From Candidatus Polarisedimenticolaceae bacterium (GTDB lineage Bacteria; Acidobacteriota; Polarisedimenticolia; Polarisedimenticolales; DASRJG01): DNA of 64,000 nucleotides. How positions within the stretch are numbered: position 1 is the first letter of the stretch; each line of letters starts with the position of its first letter. The notes below the pieces were generated by a model that was not told the DNA's origin, did no database searches, and was given only the letters and a program-made list of their open reading frames with translations. This document shows, one piece after another, positions 18,892-28,390 of the stretch. Position numbers and translations under genes: made by a program. The stretch is taken from NCBI GenBank assembly GCA_036376135.1, contig DASVAW010000179.1, forward strand, positions 19,566 to 83,565, read 5' to 3'.

Positions 18892-21648
18892 ATGAACCGG
18901 CCCTGCCTCGCGCTCGCGTTGAGCGCGCTCGTCTCCGCCCGGGCGTCGGCCGTCGAGCGGCTCGTGCGTTCGTTCGACTCGCCCGGCGGCGCGGCGAACG
19001 TCGGACGCACGAGCCTCGACCAGGACGCCGACGGATACCTGTGGGTCGGGTCGGAGGCGGGCCTGTTCCGATTCGACGGGTACGAGACCCGGCCGATCGC
19101 CCAGGGGACCTTCTCCGTCATCGAAGGGTGCGGCGCGCGCGGCCGGGTGCTCGTCAATCAGGGCGGCGTCCACCTGTTCCGCACCGCGCCGGGCGGCCTC
19201 GAGCCGGTCGAAACGCCGATCCCTCAACCCTTCGCGGACTTCAGGCACACCGTCTGCGACGACGGCGGAACCCTCTGGTTCCTCTCCGGCGACACGATCT
19301 GGCGACTCGAGCCGGGCGGCGCCTCGTCGAGGGTTCCCCTGACGCTGGGGGACGGCGAGAGGCTCTACCGCCTGTCCCGCGGCCGTGGGAGCTCGATCGT
19401 GGTGGGAACCGACCGGCGCGTCGCGGAACTTGCGGTCGACGGAAGCCTCCGGGAGATCGCCGCGCTGCCGCACGTCGCGCGCGCGGTTGCGCGCGGCGAT
19501 GGATCGTGGGTGTTCTTCGCATTCGACCCGAGGACGCGCTGGGGAGTGTGGACGGCGCGGGACGGCGTGGCGGCGAAACGGTTCGACATCCCCGGTCTCC
19601 CCGCGGGGCTCGTGGTCCGCGGCGAGGCGATCTGGGCGTCGTTCGACTACGGGATGATCGTCGCGCGCCCCGATCGATCGGTCGAGTTCCTCCGCTCGAC
19701 GCCGGCCGAGCCCACGGGGGGAGCGATCCTCCTGGACCGTGAGGGGAGCCTCTGGGCGGCGAGCCCGCGAGGGCTCCGGCAATACCCCGAGCCCGACACC
19801 GTCGGGCTGCACCCTCCAGAATCGGTCCTCTTCACCCGGTACCTGCGGCTCGACCGCGGCGGCGTCGAGATCAGCTCCTGGTCGGGTCGTTACCGCGCGG
19901 TGGCGACCGGGACCGGTCTCGCGCTGTTGCCGACGCCCCTTCAGGGGGTCGCGGCGGCGTGCACGGACGCCGGCGGCCGGCAGTGGACGGTGACCGACCA
20001 CACGTTCGTCGTCGTGGCCCCGGGAGGGGCCGAGCGCCGCCCCGCCTACCCCGGCGTCTACGACCTCCATCCGTGCGCGTCGGGGGACGACGGCGCGATG
20101 TGGATGCCGACAAACGCCGGGTTGTTCCGGCTCGGGCGCGACGCGCCGGCGCCTTCCAAGGTCCTCGATGGGGCAACGACGGCGGTGGTGGTGCTCCCCA
20201 CCGGGGAGGTCCTCGCGGCGCGCGAGAGGGAGGCGTGCGCGTCGCGCGACGGCGTGGCTTGGTCCTGCGTACCCCTCGAGGCGGCGGGGTTGGCTCCCTG
20301 GACGCTGCACGTGGCGACGTCGGGGAACGTCTACGCGGCGGGACCCGGCGCTCGCGGGATCCTGCGGCGCGGAAGTGACGGCTCGTGGGCCGACGTCGCG
20401 GTCGATCCTCCGCTCGGTGGGCTTCCCGTACGGCTGGCGCCGTCCCCCCGCGGCGGGATCTGGATCGCCGCATCCGGCGAGGTGGTCCGCGCGATCGAAG
20501 ACATTCCGGGGGTCCTGCGCGTCGTCGAGCGACTCGGGGCGTCTCAGGGGTTCCCCGGGGTCGGTGGAACCGACGTCCTGGAGCTGGACGACGGCACGGT
20601 CTGCGTCGGCGCGGGGGTCTCCCTCGTGCGGATCCCCGCCGCCGCACGCGACCGGAGCGCGCCGATCGGACGCCTGGTGATCACGGGGGCGACGGTGGAC
20701 GGCGCGTCCGTGGATCCGTCGAAGCCGTTCGAGCTCCCCTTCCGGCGCAACCGGCTCGAGCTTCATGCCTCCGCGCTGACGTTCCGGGACCCCTCGTCGG
20801 TTCGATACCGGCACCGGCTCCGCCCCGGCGACCGGTGGTCGGATCCGGTCGTCGATCCGCATCTCCGCTTCTTCGACCTGCCCCACGGACGATACGACCT
20901 CTCGCTTCAGGCGAGCCTGGACGGATCGACGTGGATCGACGCCCCCGCACCGGTGCGGTTCCGGATCGACGAGCCGTGGTATCTCAGCCGCCTGTTCTTC
21001 GCCCTCCTCGCGGGCGTCGCCGCCGGGTCGGCTTGGATCGCCGCCAGGATCCGTGCAGGGCGAAGACGCGTGCTCGAGGAGCAGCGCCGACGCATCGCGA
21101 TGGACCTCCACGACGCGATCGGCTCGGGGCTCGGCACGATCGGCCTGCTCGCCGGGCCCCTTCGCGAGGCGGGCGCGCCCATCGCGGCGATCGCCGCGGA
21201 GCTGGGCGTTTCCCTCGCGGACATCGTCTGGTCGCTGCGGGAGAGCTCCGGGTCGCTCGAGGCGGTGGCCGAGCACCTGCTCCAGCGCGGACGCGCGATG
21301 TTCGCGGAGGGGGCGGCGGAGATCCGGTTCGACTTTCCCGGAACCTGGCCCTCGCGCGAGCTGTCGCTCCCGCTGCGGCGCAACCTCGTGCTGATCGCCC
21401 TCGAGGCGATGCACAACGCCGCGCGGCACTCCGGGGCGGGGCGCGTCACGCTCCGCCTGGCGCGGGAGGGACACGGCTGGATCCTCGAGGTCGTCGACGA
21501 CGGGCGAGGGCTCGGGGGACCGACCCGTCCCGGCGGCGGGATGGGCCTGGGCAACATGCGCCGACGCGCCGAAGACATCGGCGCCCGGCTCGAGATCGCG
21601 TCGCCGCCGGGCGGGGGGACGTGCGTGCGGGTGAGGTTCGCGCTCTAG
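18892..21648 (+). CDS. Sensor histidine kinase (HisKA_3/NarX-type) with a large periplasmic propeller-like sensor region
   Basis: Signal peptide; repeated DGYLWVGSEAGLFRFDG-type motifs; TM LFFALLAGVAAGSAWIAA; H-box RIAMDLHDAIGSGL; ATPase GGGMGLGNMRRRAEDIGA. Lies 16 nt after the response regulator. Confidence 0.85.
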   Translation: MNRPCLALALSALVSARASAVERLVRSFDSPGGAANVGRTSLDQDADGYLWVGSEAGLFRFDGYETRPIAQGTFSVIEGCGARGRVLVNQGGVHLFRTAPGGLEPVETPIPQPFADFRHTVCDDGGTLWFLSGDTIWRLEPGGASSRVPLTLGDGERLYRLSRGRGSSIVVGTDRRVAELAVDGSLREIAALPHVARAVARGDGSWVFFAFDPRTRWGVWTARDGVAAKRFDIPGLPAGLVVRGEAIWASFDYGMIVARPDRSVEFLRSTPAEPTGGAILLDREGSLWAASPRGLRQYPEPDTVGLHPPESVLFTRYLRLDRGGVEISSWSGRYRAVATGTGLALLPTPLQGVAAACTDAGGRQWTVTDHTFVVVAPGGAERRPAYPGVYDLHPCASGDDGAMWMPTNAGLFRLGRDAPAPSKVLDGATTAVVVLPTGEVLAAREREACASRDGVAWSCVPLEAAGLAPWTLHVATSGNVYAAGPGARGILRRGSDGSWADVAVDPPLGGLPVRLAPSPRGGIWIAASGEVVRAIEDIPGVLRVVERLGASQGFPGVGGTDVLELDDGTVCVGAGVSLVRIPAAARDRSAPIGRLVITGATVDGASVDPSKPFELPFRRNRLELHASALTFRDPSSVRYRHRLRPGDRWSDPVVDPHLRFFDLPHGRYDLSLQASLDGSTWIDAPAPVRFRIDEPWYLSRLFFALLAGVAAGSAWIAARIRAGRRRVLEEQRRRIAMDLHDAIGSGLGTIGLLAGPLREAGAPIAAIAAELGVSLADIVWSLRESSGSLEAVAEHLLQRGRAMFAEGAAEIRFDFPGTWPSRELSLPLRRNLVLIALEAMHNAARHSGAGRVTLRLAREGHGWILEVVDDGRGLGGPTRPGGGMGLGNMRRRAEDIGARLEIASPPGGGTCVRVRFAL

Positions 21649-22928
21649 GGCGCGCAGTCGCCGTCGCCGGGATAGCGGATCGACCCGGCGCTGGAGACGC
21701 CGTAGACGGGGGTGCCCGGGGCCTCCCTCGCGAGGAAGTAGACCCCGCGACGACAGTCCGAGACGACGGAGCGATCGGTGGCCCGGTCCACGAGGAGGTC
21801 GTTCGCCACGCACTCCATCGTGCCGAGGAGGACGGTGCCGCCGCTCTCGAAGAAGGAGTCGAGGCTCCCGGCGACGATGTCCCACGCGTTCGGCGCGTTG
21901 GACGCGCTCCCGCACGCCCCCTTGTCCACGAACACGAGCGGCTCCGGAGAGCCGGGCTGCACGCGGACGCAAACCTCCGGCGCCGAACGGTTCGGAGAAA
22001 GGTCCTCGCTCCGGACGGCGAGGAGCACCTGGACGGTCGCCGCAGCATTCGGCTGGAGCGTACCGAGATCCCTTCGCTGCGCGCCGGCGACCTCGTCGGG
22101 GCCGAGGGTCGTCTGGTTCCCGAGGGTGTCGTTCTCGACGTCGAGGTGGAGCCCGGTCGCGGGGCGGCCGTCGTGGCCCCGGTAGGAGCCGAGCCCCCAG
22201 TCCGCCGGGGCGAGGTCCATCGACATCCCGATCCGGTCCGAGAACAGGCATCCGGTCGGAGTGCCGTCGATCGCGCCGGTGTTCTGCGATCGCTGCGTGA
22301 CGTCGTATCGCCACGTCGAGAGGGCCCCCGCGTAGGAGGCGCTGTCGTAGGCGGCGAGGACCGTATCCCGCTCGTCGTTGGCGGGATGGCCGTGCAGGAA
22401 CGTGTAGAAGCGCACTCCCGTCAGCGGCGTCGTGCGGAGGTTCCGGATCGTGTAGGTCGTGCGGAGCACGTAGCGGTTGCTCAGGACCGAGCCGCCGATC
22501 TCCCCCATCGGGGTGCCGGTCGACGTGTCCACGAAGTCGTGGTCCAGGCGGATCTCGACGTCCGCGTTGGCGATCACCGAATACCCCTCGGGAAGGCCGT
22601 CGGCGTCGGAGTCGAACGGGAAGCTCAGCGGCTCGACGACCGTGAAATTCGAGTTCGTGGTCCAGGTGGGGTAGGTGAACTCCGGTTCGAGCCACATCGA
22701 GCGTTCGGGGAGGGTCAGCGGGATGCCGTCGTATCCGATCGCCGCCGCCCACTCCCCGGAGATCATCTCGTGGATCCAGTCCACGGGGAACGGACCCGAG
22801 GTGTAGATCAGGTAGTCGCTGTACCCGTAGTCGGACAGGTCGATCGCCCAGTCGGGGGTCGCGTAACGTTGCTGCGCGACGACGGGGGAACCGGCGAGGA
22901 GGACGAGCAGGAGCCGTGAGGCGCGCAT
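21645..22928 (-). CDS. Secreted hypothetical protein carrying the recurrent C-terminal Cys module
   Basis: Signal peptide MRASRLLLVLLAGSPVVAQQ. No family recognised. C-terminus AWDIVAGSLDSF..GVYFLAREAPGTPVYG..GDGDCAP. Its stop overlaps the convergent kinase stop (CTAG). Confidence 0.7.
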   Translation of the reverse strand: MRASRLLLVLLAGSPVVAQQRYATPDWAIDLSDYGYSDYLIYTSGPFPVDWIHEMISGEWAAAIGYDGIPLTLPERSMWLEPEFTYPTWTTNSNFTVVEPLSFPFDSDADGLPEGYSVIANADVEIRLDHDFVDTSTGTPMGEIGGSVLSNRYVLRTTYTIRNLRTTPLTGVRFYTFLHGHPANDERDTVLAAYDSASYAGALSTWRYDVTQRSQNTGAIDGTPTGCLFSDRIGMSMDLAPADWGLGSYRGHDGRPATGLHLDVENDTLGNQTTLGPDEVAGAQRRDLGTLQPNAAATVQVLLAVRSEDLSPNRSAPEVCVRVQPGSPEPLVFVDKGACGSASNAPNAWDIVAGSLDSFFESGGTVLLGTMECVANDLLVDRATDRSVVSDCRRGVYFLAREAPGTPVYGVSSAGSIRYPGDGDCAP

Positions 22929-22981
22929 GGGATTCCCTCCCGGGATCCCCGGACGGTACGGACGACGTCCGGGAGGGACAA

Positions 22982-22999
22982 GTCCCCCGAAAGGGGGAC
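22982..22999 (-). terminator. GC hairpin downstream of the small Tudor-like gene
   Basis: GTCCCCC-GAAA-GGGGGAC, a perfect 7-bp stem 9 nt beyond the stop at 23008. On the minus strand it is followed by TTGTCCC (weak U tract). Confidence 0.4.
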
Positions 23000-23007
23000 A
23001 GCGCGCG

Positions 23008-23253
23008 TTACTTCGCGGCTTTCGCCGTCGTCTTGGCGGTCGCCTTCTTGGCGGACTTCTTCTTCGCGGGTTTGGCGGGAGCGGCGGTGTCGCTGGGCTG
23101 GACCGAGAGCATCTTGGTCACGAACTTGCGCGTGCCGGCGGTATCGAAGTCGATCACCGTGTAATCGGCGTCCGTCGAGGCGATCGTCCCGTCCCCGAAG
23201 ACCGGGTGAACGACCCGATCGTTGGCGGAGAAGGTCGTGGTGGCTTTGCTCAT
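23008..23253 (-). CDS. 81-aa protein: Tudor/DUF3553-like fold plus a Lys/Ala-rich histone-H1-like tail
   Basis: MSKATTTFSANDRVVHPVFGDGTIAS..YTVIDFDTAGTRKFV, then PAKPAKKKSAKKATAKTTAKAAK. This is the only credible part of the 521-aa track ORF. Confidence 0.6.
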   Translation of the reverse strand: MSKATTTFSANDRVVHPVFGDGTIASTDADYTVIDFDTAGTRKFVTKMLSVQPSDTAAPAKPAKKKSAKKATAKTTAKAAK

Positions 23254-23355
23254 GCGCGCCTCACGGCCCCAGGAAAGGTGGAGCCCGCCCGCAGAATAGC
23301 AGAAAAAGCTTGAAAATGGCTCACAAACAGCGGGTCCGCGGGTAGACTCCCGCCG

Positions 23356-24552
23356 ATGCGCGCCCGTGGGCTCGTCCTCGCGACCGTTCTCGTGTTCTTG
23401 GCGTGTACGCCGAAACCGGCGCCCGCGCCCTTCCACGGCCTGCCGTTCGTCGAGAACGACTTCGACGCGGCCCTCGCGAAGGCGAGAGCGGCGGCGGTCC
23501 CGATCTTCGTCGAGGTGTGGGCCCCCTGGTGACACACCTGCCGCTACATGCGGGCGACGGTCTTCACGGACCCGGCGCTCGCACGGCACGCCGGACGGTT
23601 CGTCTGGCTCTCGATCGACACCGAAAACGAGAAAAACGTCGGCTTCCTCGAGAAGTACCCCTGGGAGGCCGTGCCGACCTTCCAGGTCCTCGACCCGAAG
23701 ACCGGCGACGTCGTCTACCGCTGGCTCGGCGCCGTCGACGCGGCGGCGCTGGCGAAGCGGTTCGACGAGGCGGAGCTCGCGCTGAAGGAGGCGCGCCCCG
23801 ACGGCGCACCAAAGCTCCCGTCGAGCGCCGACTCGGAAGTCCTCGCCCTCGCGATGGCCGGGAAGAACGACGAGTGCCTCGCGGCGGCATCCGCACGTTG
23901 GGACACCCTTCCCCCCGGGGGGGAGAAGGCGGGGGTCGCGGCGCTCGGGCTCGACTGCGCCCTCTCGCTGAAGTCCGAAGCGGCGGCGATCTTCGAGGCG
24001 CGCGTGAAGGAGGCGACGGCGTACCCGGGTCTTCTCGACGACGACCGTTCGAGCCTCTTCGGCGCGCTGGTGGACGCGCGCGACCGGCAGCAGGACGAGG
24101 CGGGGGGGAAGGCGGCGGCGCTCGCCTGGCTCGACTACCTCGACGCGCAGGCGAAGTCGGCCGGAAGCGTCGAGGCACGTGCGGCCCTCGACGGCCATCG
24201 GGTCTCGGCCGCGATGCGCGCGGGGGACCCGGCGCGGATGATCCCGGCCCTCGAGGCGTCGGTGCGCGACCTCCCGGAGGACTACAACCCTTCGGCGCGC
24301 CTGGCGATGCTCCTGCGCGAAGCGGGCCGGCTCGACGAGGCGCTCGCCGCGTCGGACCGGGCGTTGTCGAAGGCCTACGGCCCCCGCAAGCTCAACCTCT
24401 TCGACGCCCGCGCGACGATCCTCGAGAAGAAGGGGGACGCGGAGGGGGCGAAGGCCGTCCTGAGGCAGGCGCTGGCCTACGCGCAGACCCTTCCCGAGGC
24501 GCAGCGGTCGAAGGGGATGATCGGACGGATCGAAAAGCGGCTGGGCGGTTAG
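23356..24552 (+). CDS. Thioredoxin-like (UxxC) selenoprotein candidate with a lipoprotein-type signal peptide and a C-terminal TPR-like domain; TGA 23530-23532 read as Sec
   Basis: ATG 23356 is in frame with track ORF 23548-24552. MRARGLVLATVLVFLAC.., IFVEVWAPW-TGA-HTCRYM.., cis-Pro VPTF. The stop falls exactly on the first Cys of the WxxWCxxC redox motif. Confidence 0.6.
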
Positions 24553-24605
24553 CGTCCCGCCCGGGGGGACCACCTACAATCCTCCCGCGCTCCGGGAGGT
24601 GCCCC

Positions 24606-25535
24606 GTGTTCAAGGTCGAAGGTCTGGCCAAGCGCTACGGCGACGTGCGCGCGGTCGACGGGATCACGTTCGATGTTCGCAGGGGCGAGGTCTACGGCCT
24701 GCTCGGTCCCAACGGCGCCGGGAAATCCACGACGATGGCGATGTTGTCGGGCCTCCTGCGCCCCGACGAGGGGCGGATCCTCTTCGACGGGATCGACCTC
24801 GCGGCGGAACCGGTGAAGGTCAAGGCGCGGCTCGGGATCGTGCCGCAGGAGCCCGCGCTCTACGAGACGTTGTCCGCCCGGGAGAACCTGAAGTTCTGGG
24901 CGGGGATCTACGGACTTTCGGGGGCCGCCCTCGACAAGGCGGTCGACCGCGTCCTCGACGAGACGGCGCTGGCGGCCCGCGGCAAGGAGCCGGTCAAGAC
25001 CTTCTCGGGGGGGATGAAGCGGCGACTGAACCTCGGCATCGGCCTCGTGCACGCCCCGCAGGCGGTGCTGATGGACGAGCCGACGGTGGGGATCGATCCG
25101 CAGGCGCGCGCGAACCTCCTCGAGGTCGTGCGGCGGGTCGCCGAGGCCGGGACGACGATCGTCTACACGACCCACTACCTCGAGGAGGCCGAGAGCCTGT
25201 GCGACCGCATCGGAATCCTCGACCACGGGAAGATCCTCGCGGAAGGGACGCTCGCCGAGCTCAAGCAGCGGCTGGGCGATCGCGAGGTCGTGCTCGTGCA
25301 CGGTCGCTTCGACGCGGAGGCGGCGCGCGCGGCGCTGTCGGGGGTCGCGGGGGCGCAGGTGCTCTCCGCCGACGAGGGGAAGCTGCTCCTCTCCGTCGCG
25401 GGGGGAGGGCGCGCGGCGGTCGAGCTCCTGCAGCGGGTGCTCGGCGGGGGCTTCGAGGTCGACGGCGTGGAGATCCGGCCGCCGAGCCTGAACGCGCTCT
25501 TCCTCGACCTCACCGGCCGTGAGCTTCGCGACTGA
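24606..25535 (+). CDS. ABC transporter ATP-binding protein (ABC-2/DrrA-type exporter)
   Basis: GTG 24606; [36 protein letters not shown]. The 400 upstream codons of the track ORF are a shadow frame over the Trx-like gene. Confidence 0.9.
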   Translation: MFKVEGLAKRYGDVRAVDGITFDVRRGEVYGLLGPNGAGKSTTMAMLSGLLRPDEGRILFDGIDLAAEPVKVKARLGIVPQEPALYETLSARENLKFWAGIYGLSGAALDKAVDRVLDETALAARGKEPVKTFSGGMKRRLNLGIGLVHAPQAVLMDEPTVGIDPQARANLLEVVRRVAEAGTTIVYTTHYLEEAESLCDRIGILDHGKILAEGTLAELKQRLGDREVVLVHGRFDAEAARAALSGVAGAQVLSADEGKLLLSVAGGGRAAVELLQRVLGGGFEVDGVEIRPPSLNALFLDLTGRELRD

Positions 25536-26794
25536 TGCGGACGGTCTTCCGCCTCGTCGCCAAGGACCTCGCGCGCAAGCGGCGCGCGCCGCTGGGGTTC
25601 GTCGTCGTGTTGCTCTTCCCCGTGGTGTTCGCCGCGCTGCTGGGCCTGGCCTTCGGCCGGGGCGACGGACCGCCGAAGATCCGACTGCTCCTGCAGAACC
25701 GGGACGACGGCTTCCTCTCGCGAGCCCTGGCTTCGGCGTTCACCTCCGAGCGGTCGGCGGAGTTCCTCGACGTGCGTGTGGTCGGGGACGAAGGGCGCGC
25801 CATCCTCGACCGGGGCGGTGCCTCCGCGCTGCTCGTGATCCCCGAGCACTTCACGACCGACCTGCTCGAGGGCGAACCGATCACCCTCTCGCTCGTGCGC
25901 AACCCCGCGGAGGGGATCCTCCCCGAGATCGCCGAGCAGCTCGCGGCGATCCTCGCCGACGGGCTCGACGCGTCGTCGCGGGTGCTGCGCGGACCGCTCG
26001 CAAGGATCCGCGGCTTCGCGAGCGACGGCAAGGTCCGGATCGAGGACGCCGCGATCGCCGACGTCGCGGTCGAGGTCAAGCGCACGATCGAAGGCGCCGA
26101 GAGCCTCGTGTTCCCGCCGGTCATCACCCTGGAGGGGGCGTTCGGCGCCGACGCGAAGGAGCAGGCGGCAGGAACGCGGGGATTCGGCGACGTGTTCCTG
26201 CTCGTCCTTCCCGGAGTCGCCGTCTACGCGTTGTTCCTGCTCGGCGACCAGGGAATGCGCGACCTTCTCACCGAGTCCACCGAGGGCACGTTGCGACGCC
26301 AGCTCGCGGGACCCGTCCGTCCGGCGACGATCGTCGCGGGGAAGGCACTGTATTCCGGCGCGCTCTCCGGGATCGGTCTCGTCGTGTTGACGTTCGTCGG
26401 CGCGCTCGCCCTCCGCCGGGGCGTCGACCCGGTCGGATACCTCGCGATGGGCGTCGGGACGATTCTCGCGGTCACCGGGGTCGCATCGGTGCTCTACGGC
26501 TTCGCGCGCACCGAGCGCCAGGGGGCGACGACGTCGTCGGTCGTCTACCTCGTCCTGGCGTTCGCCGGCGGCGCGTTCTTCCCGATCTCCAATCTCCCCG
26601 CGGCCCTCCGGACGTTTTCGGCGATCTCGCCGTTTCGCTGGGGCACGGAGGGGTTCCGCGCGCTGCTCGAGCCGGGCGCCGGGGCAGGCGCGGTGATGCC
26701 TCACGCCGGGATCCTGGCGGCGATCGGGGTCGCGTCCCTGGCGATCGGCTCTTGGGCCCTCTCGCGGACCGCCCGCCGCGGGGGAGCGGCGTGA
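25535..26794 (+). CDS. ABC-2 type transporter permease
   Basis: ATG 25535 overlaps the ATPase stop. N-terminal TM, large extracytoplasmic loop, then 5 C-terminal TM segments, the typical ABC-2 layout. Confidence 0.8.
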   Translation: MRTVFRLVAKDLARKRRAPLGFVVVLLFPVVFAALLGLAFGRGDGPPKIRLLLQNRDDGFLSRALASAFTSERSAEFLDVRVVGDEGRAILDRGGASALLVIPEHFTTDLLEGEPITLSLVRNPAEGILPEIAEQLAAILADGLDASSRVLRGPLARIRGFASDGKVRIEDAAIADVAVEVKRTIEGAESLVFPPVITLEGAFGADAKEQAAGTRGFGDVFLLVLPGVAVYALFLLGDQGMRDLLTESTEGTLRRQLAGPVRPATIVAGKALYSGALSGIGLVVLTFVGALALRRGVDPVGYLAMGVGTILAVTGVASVLYGFARTERQGATTSSVVYLVLAFAGGAFFPISNLPAALRTFSAISPFRWGTEGFRALLEPGAGAGAVMPHAGILAAIGVASLAIGSWALSRTARRGGAA

Positions 26795-27924
26795 GACGCG
26801 TCCTCCACATCGCGGCGAACGACCTGCGCCTGACCCTGCGCGACCGCGCGGCGTTCTTCTGGCTGCTGCTGCTCCCCGTCGGGATGATGTGGATCTTCGG
26901 GAGCATGGGCGGCGGACCGCGCAAGGCGGCGCTCACCGTCGTCGACCGGGACGGGGGCTGGGTGGCGAAGGCGCTCTGCGAGCGACTCGACCTCCCCGGC
27001 GTCGAGTTGACCGTCGTCGCCGACGAACCCGCCGGGAAACCTCCGCTCCGAAAACTGGTCCTCCCGCCCGGATTCACGGAGAACGTCCTCGCCGGAAGGC
27101 AGCAGCGGCTCGAGGTCGAGGCGGCCGAGGGAGCCAACTCCGACTACACGCGCGCCGCCGACGCCTACGTGTTGCGCGCGATCGTGAAGACGCTCGCGGC
27201 GATCGTCGAGCTGCGGCGCGACGGGATCCCCGCCGATCCCGCGGCTGCGATGGCGGCGCTCGCCTCGCGCGAGCCGCTCGTGAAGCTCGAGGTCTCGACG
27301 GCGGGATCCGGGCGGCCGGTCCCCTCGGGGCGGGCGCAGAGCGTGCCCGGCATCCTGACGATGACGGTCCTCATGATGACGGTCATCTACGGCGCCGTGT
27401 TCCTCACCCTCGAGAAACGCGACGGAACCCTCCGCAGGCAGCTCGCGGGGCCGTTGACCCCGGGGCAGGTGTTCGCGGGGAAGGTCCTCGGACGGGTCTA
27501 CGTCGCGGCGATGCAACTCGTGGTGCTGCTCGGGTTCGGCCGGTTCCTGTTCGGGGTCGATCTCGGGCGCTCTCCCGCCGGACTGGCCCTGCTGATCGGG
27601 GCGTACGCGTTCTGCGTCGCGGCCGTCGCGACCCTCTTCGGGGCGTGGCTGAGATCCCCCGAACAGGCCTCCGCGATCGGCTGGCTGGCGTCGATGGTGA
27701 TGGCGGCGCTGGGCGGGTGCTGGTGGCCGTCGGAGGTGGTGCCGCGCTGGTTGTGGCAGGTGGCGCACGTCTTCCCGACGGCCTGGGCGATGGACGGTTT
27801 TCACGCGTTGATCAGCTTCGGAAAGGGGATCGACGGCGTGGCGGTCCCCTCCGCCGCGCTCTTCGGGATGGGAATCATCATTCTCATCGTTGGTCGGCGT
27901 ATTCGGGGATTGTGGGGGGAGTAG
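26791..27924 (+). CDS. ABC-2 type transporter permease (second subunit)
   Basis: GTG 26791 overlaps the upstream stop (GTGA). Same topology: VLHIAANDLRLTLRDRAAFFWLLLLPVGMMWIFG, with a C-terminal TM bundle. Confidence 0.8.
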   Translation: MRRVLHIAANDLRLTLRDRAAFFWLLLLPVGMMWIFGSMGGGPRKAALTVVDRDGGWVAKALCERLDLPGVELTVVADEPAGKPPLRKLVLPPGFTENVLAGRQQRLEVEAAEGANSDYTRAADAYVLRAIVKTLAAIVELRRDGIPADPAAAMAALASREPLVKLEVSTAGSGRPVPSGRAQSVPGILTMTVLMMTVIYGAVFLTLEKRDGTLRRQLAGPLTPGQVFAGKVLGRVYVAAMQLVVLLGFGRFLFGVDLGRSPAGLALLIGAYAFCVAAVATLFGAWLRSPEQASAIGWLASMVMAALGGCWWPSEVVPRWLWQVAHVFPTAWAMDGFHALISFGKGIDGVAVPSAALFGMGIIILIVGRRIRGLWGE

Positions 27925-28029
27925 AGGGACCCCTCCCCCTCCGACCGAAGTGACCCCACGATGTCGTCCAGCGGCCCCGTTCGGCGTATGTAAACCGGAC
28001 TTGACCCTTTTTCCTGGAGGTACGGCTAC

Positions 28030-28383
28030 ATGAAGTGGTTCACCCGGATCGCGGTCCTCTCGGCCCTCGCCCTCGGCGCGGCGGCCCTGTTCCTTCCCGC
28101 CCCGACGGTCGAGGCGGCTCCGGCCGAAAAGACGACCAAGGTCGCGACGCTGACCTGCCCGAACGGCTGGCGCGGGAGCGGCGGCGGCACCTACGGCGGC
28201 GTCTCGTTCAGCCTGGCCTGCGCCTACGGCAAGGACGCCGTGACCCTCGAAGGGGTCGTCGGGACCGAATACGGCTTCCGCATGGGCTCGCAGAGCTTCG
28301 GCGGCGCCGTCGACTGCTTCTTCTCGGGGGACGAAGCGCGCGTCTCCGAGAGCTGCGGCGAGGTCAAGTTCGTCGTTCGCTGA
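28030..28383 (+). CDS. Small secreted hypothetical protein (4 Cys)
   Basis: SD GGAGG 8 nt upstream. Signal peptide MKWFTRIAVLSALALGAAALFLPAPTVEA. No family recognised. Confidence 0.6.
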   Translation: MKWFTRIAVLSALALGAAALFLPAPTVEAAPAEKTTKVATLTCPNGWRGSGGGTYGGVSFSLACAYGKDAVTLEGVVGTEYGFRMGSQSFGGAVDCFFSGDEARVSESCGEVKFVVR

Positions 28384-28390
28384 CCCGGAA

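Noticed and set aside
18784-22752. 1322-aa minus-strand ORF
   Set aside because: Shadow frame opposite the sensor kinase and out of frame with the secreted protein gene; no motifs.
23530-23532. TGA reassignment (alternative genetic code) as the explanation for the in-frame stop
   Set aside because: TGA serves as a genuine terminator for many well-supported genes here, including several ATGA/GTGA coupled junctions. A global recoding is therefore excluded. Site-specific Sec or an error remain the options.
23403-24605. 400-codon N-terminal extension of the ABC ATPase ORF
   Set aside because: Out-of-frame shadow over the Trx-like gene. ABC ATPases of this class start just before the beta-strand preceding Walker A, and GTG 24606 gives the canonical N-terminus.
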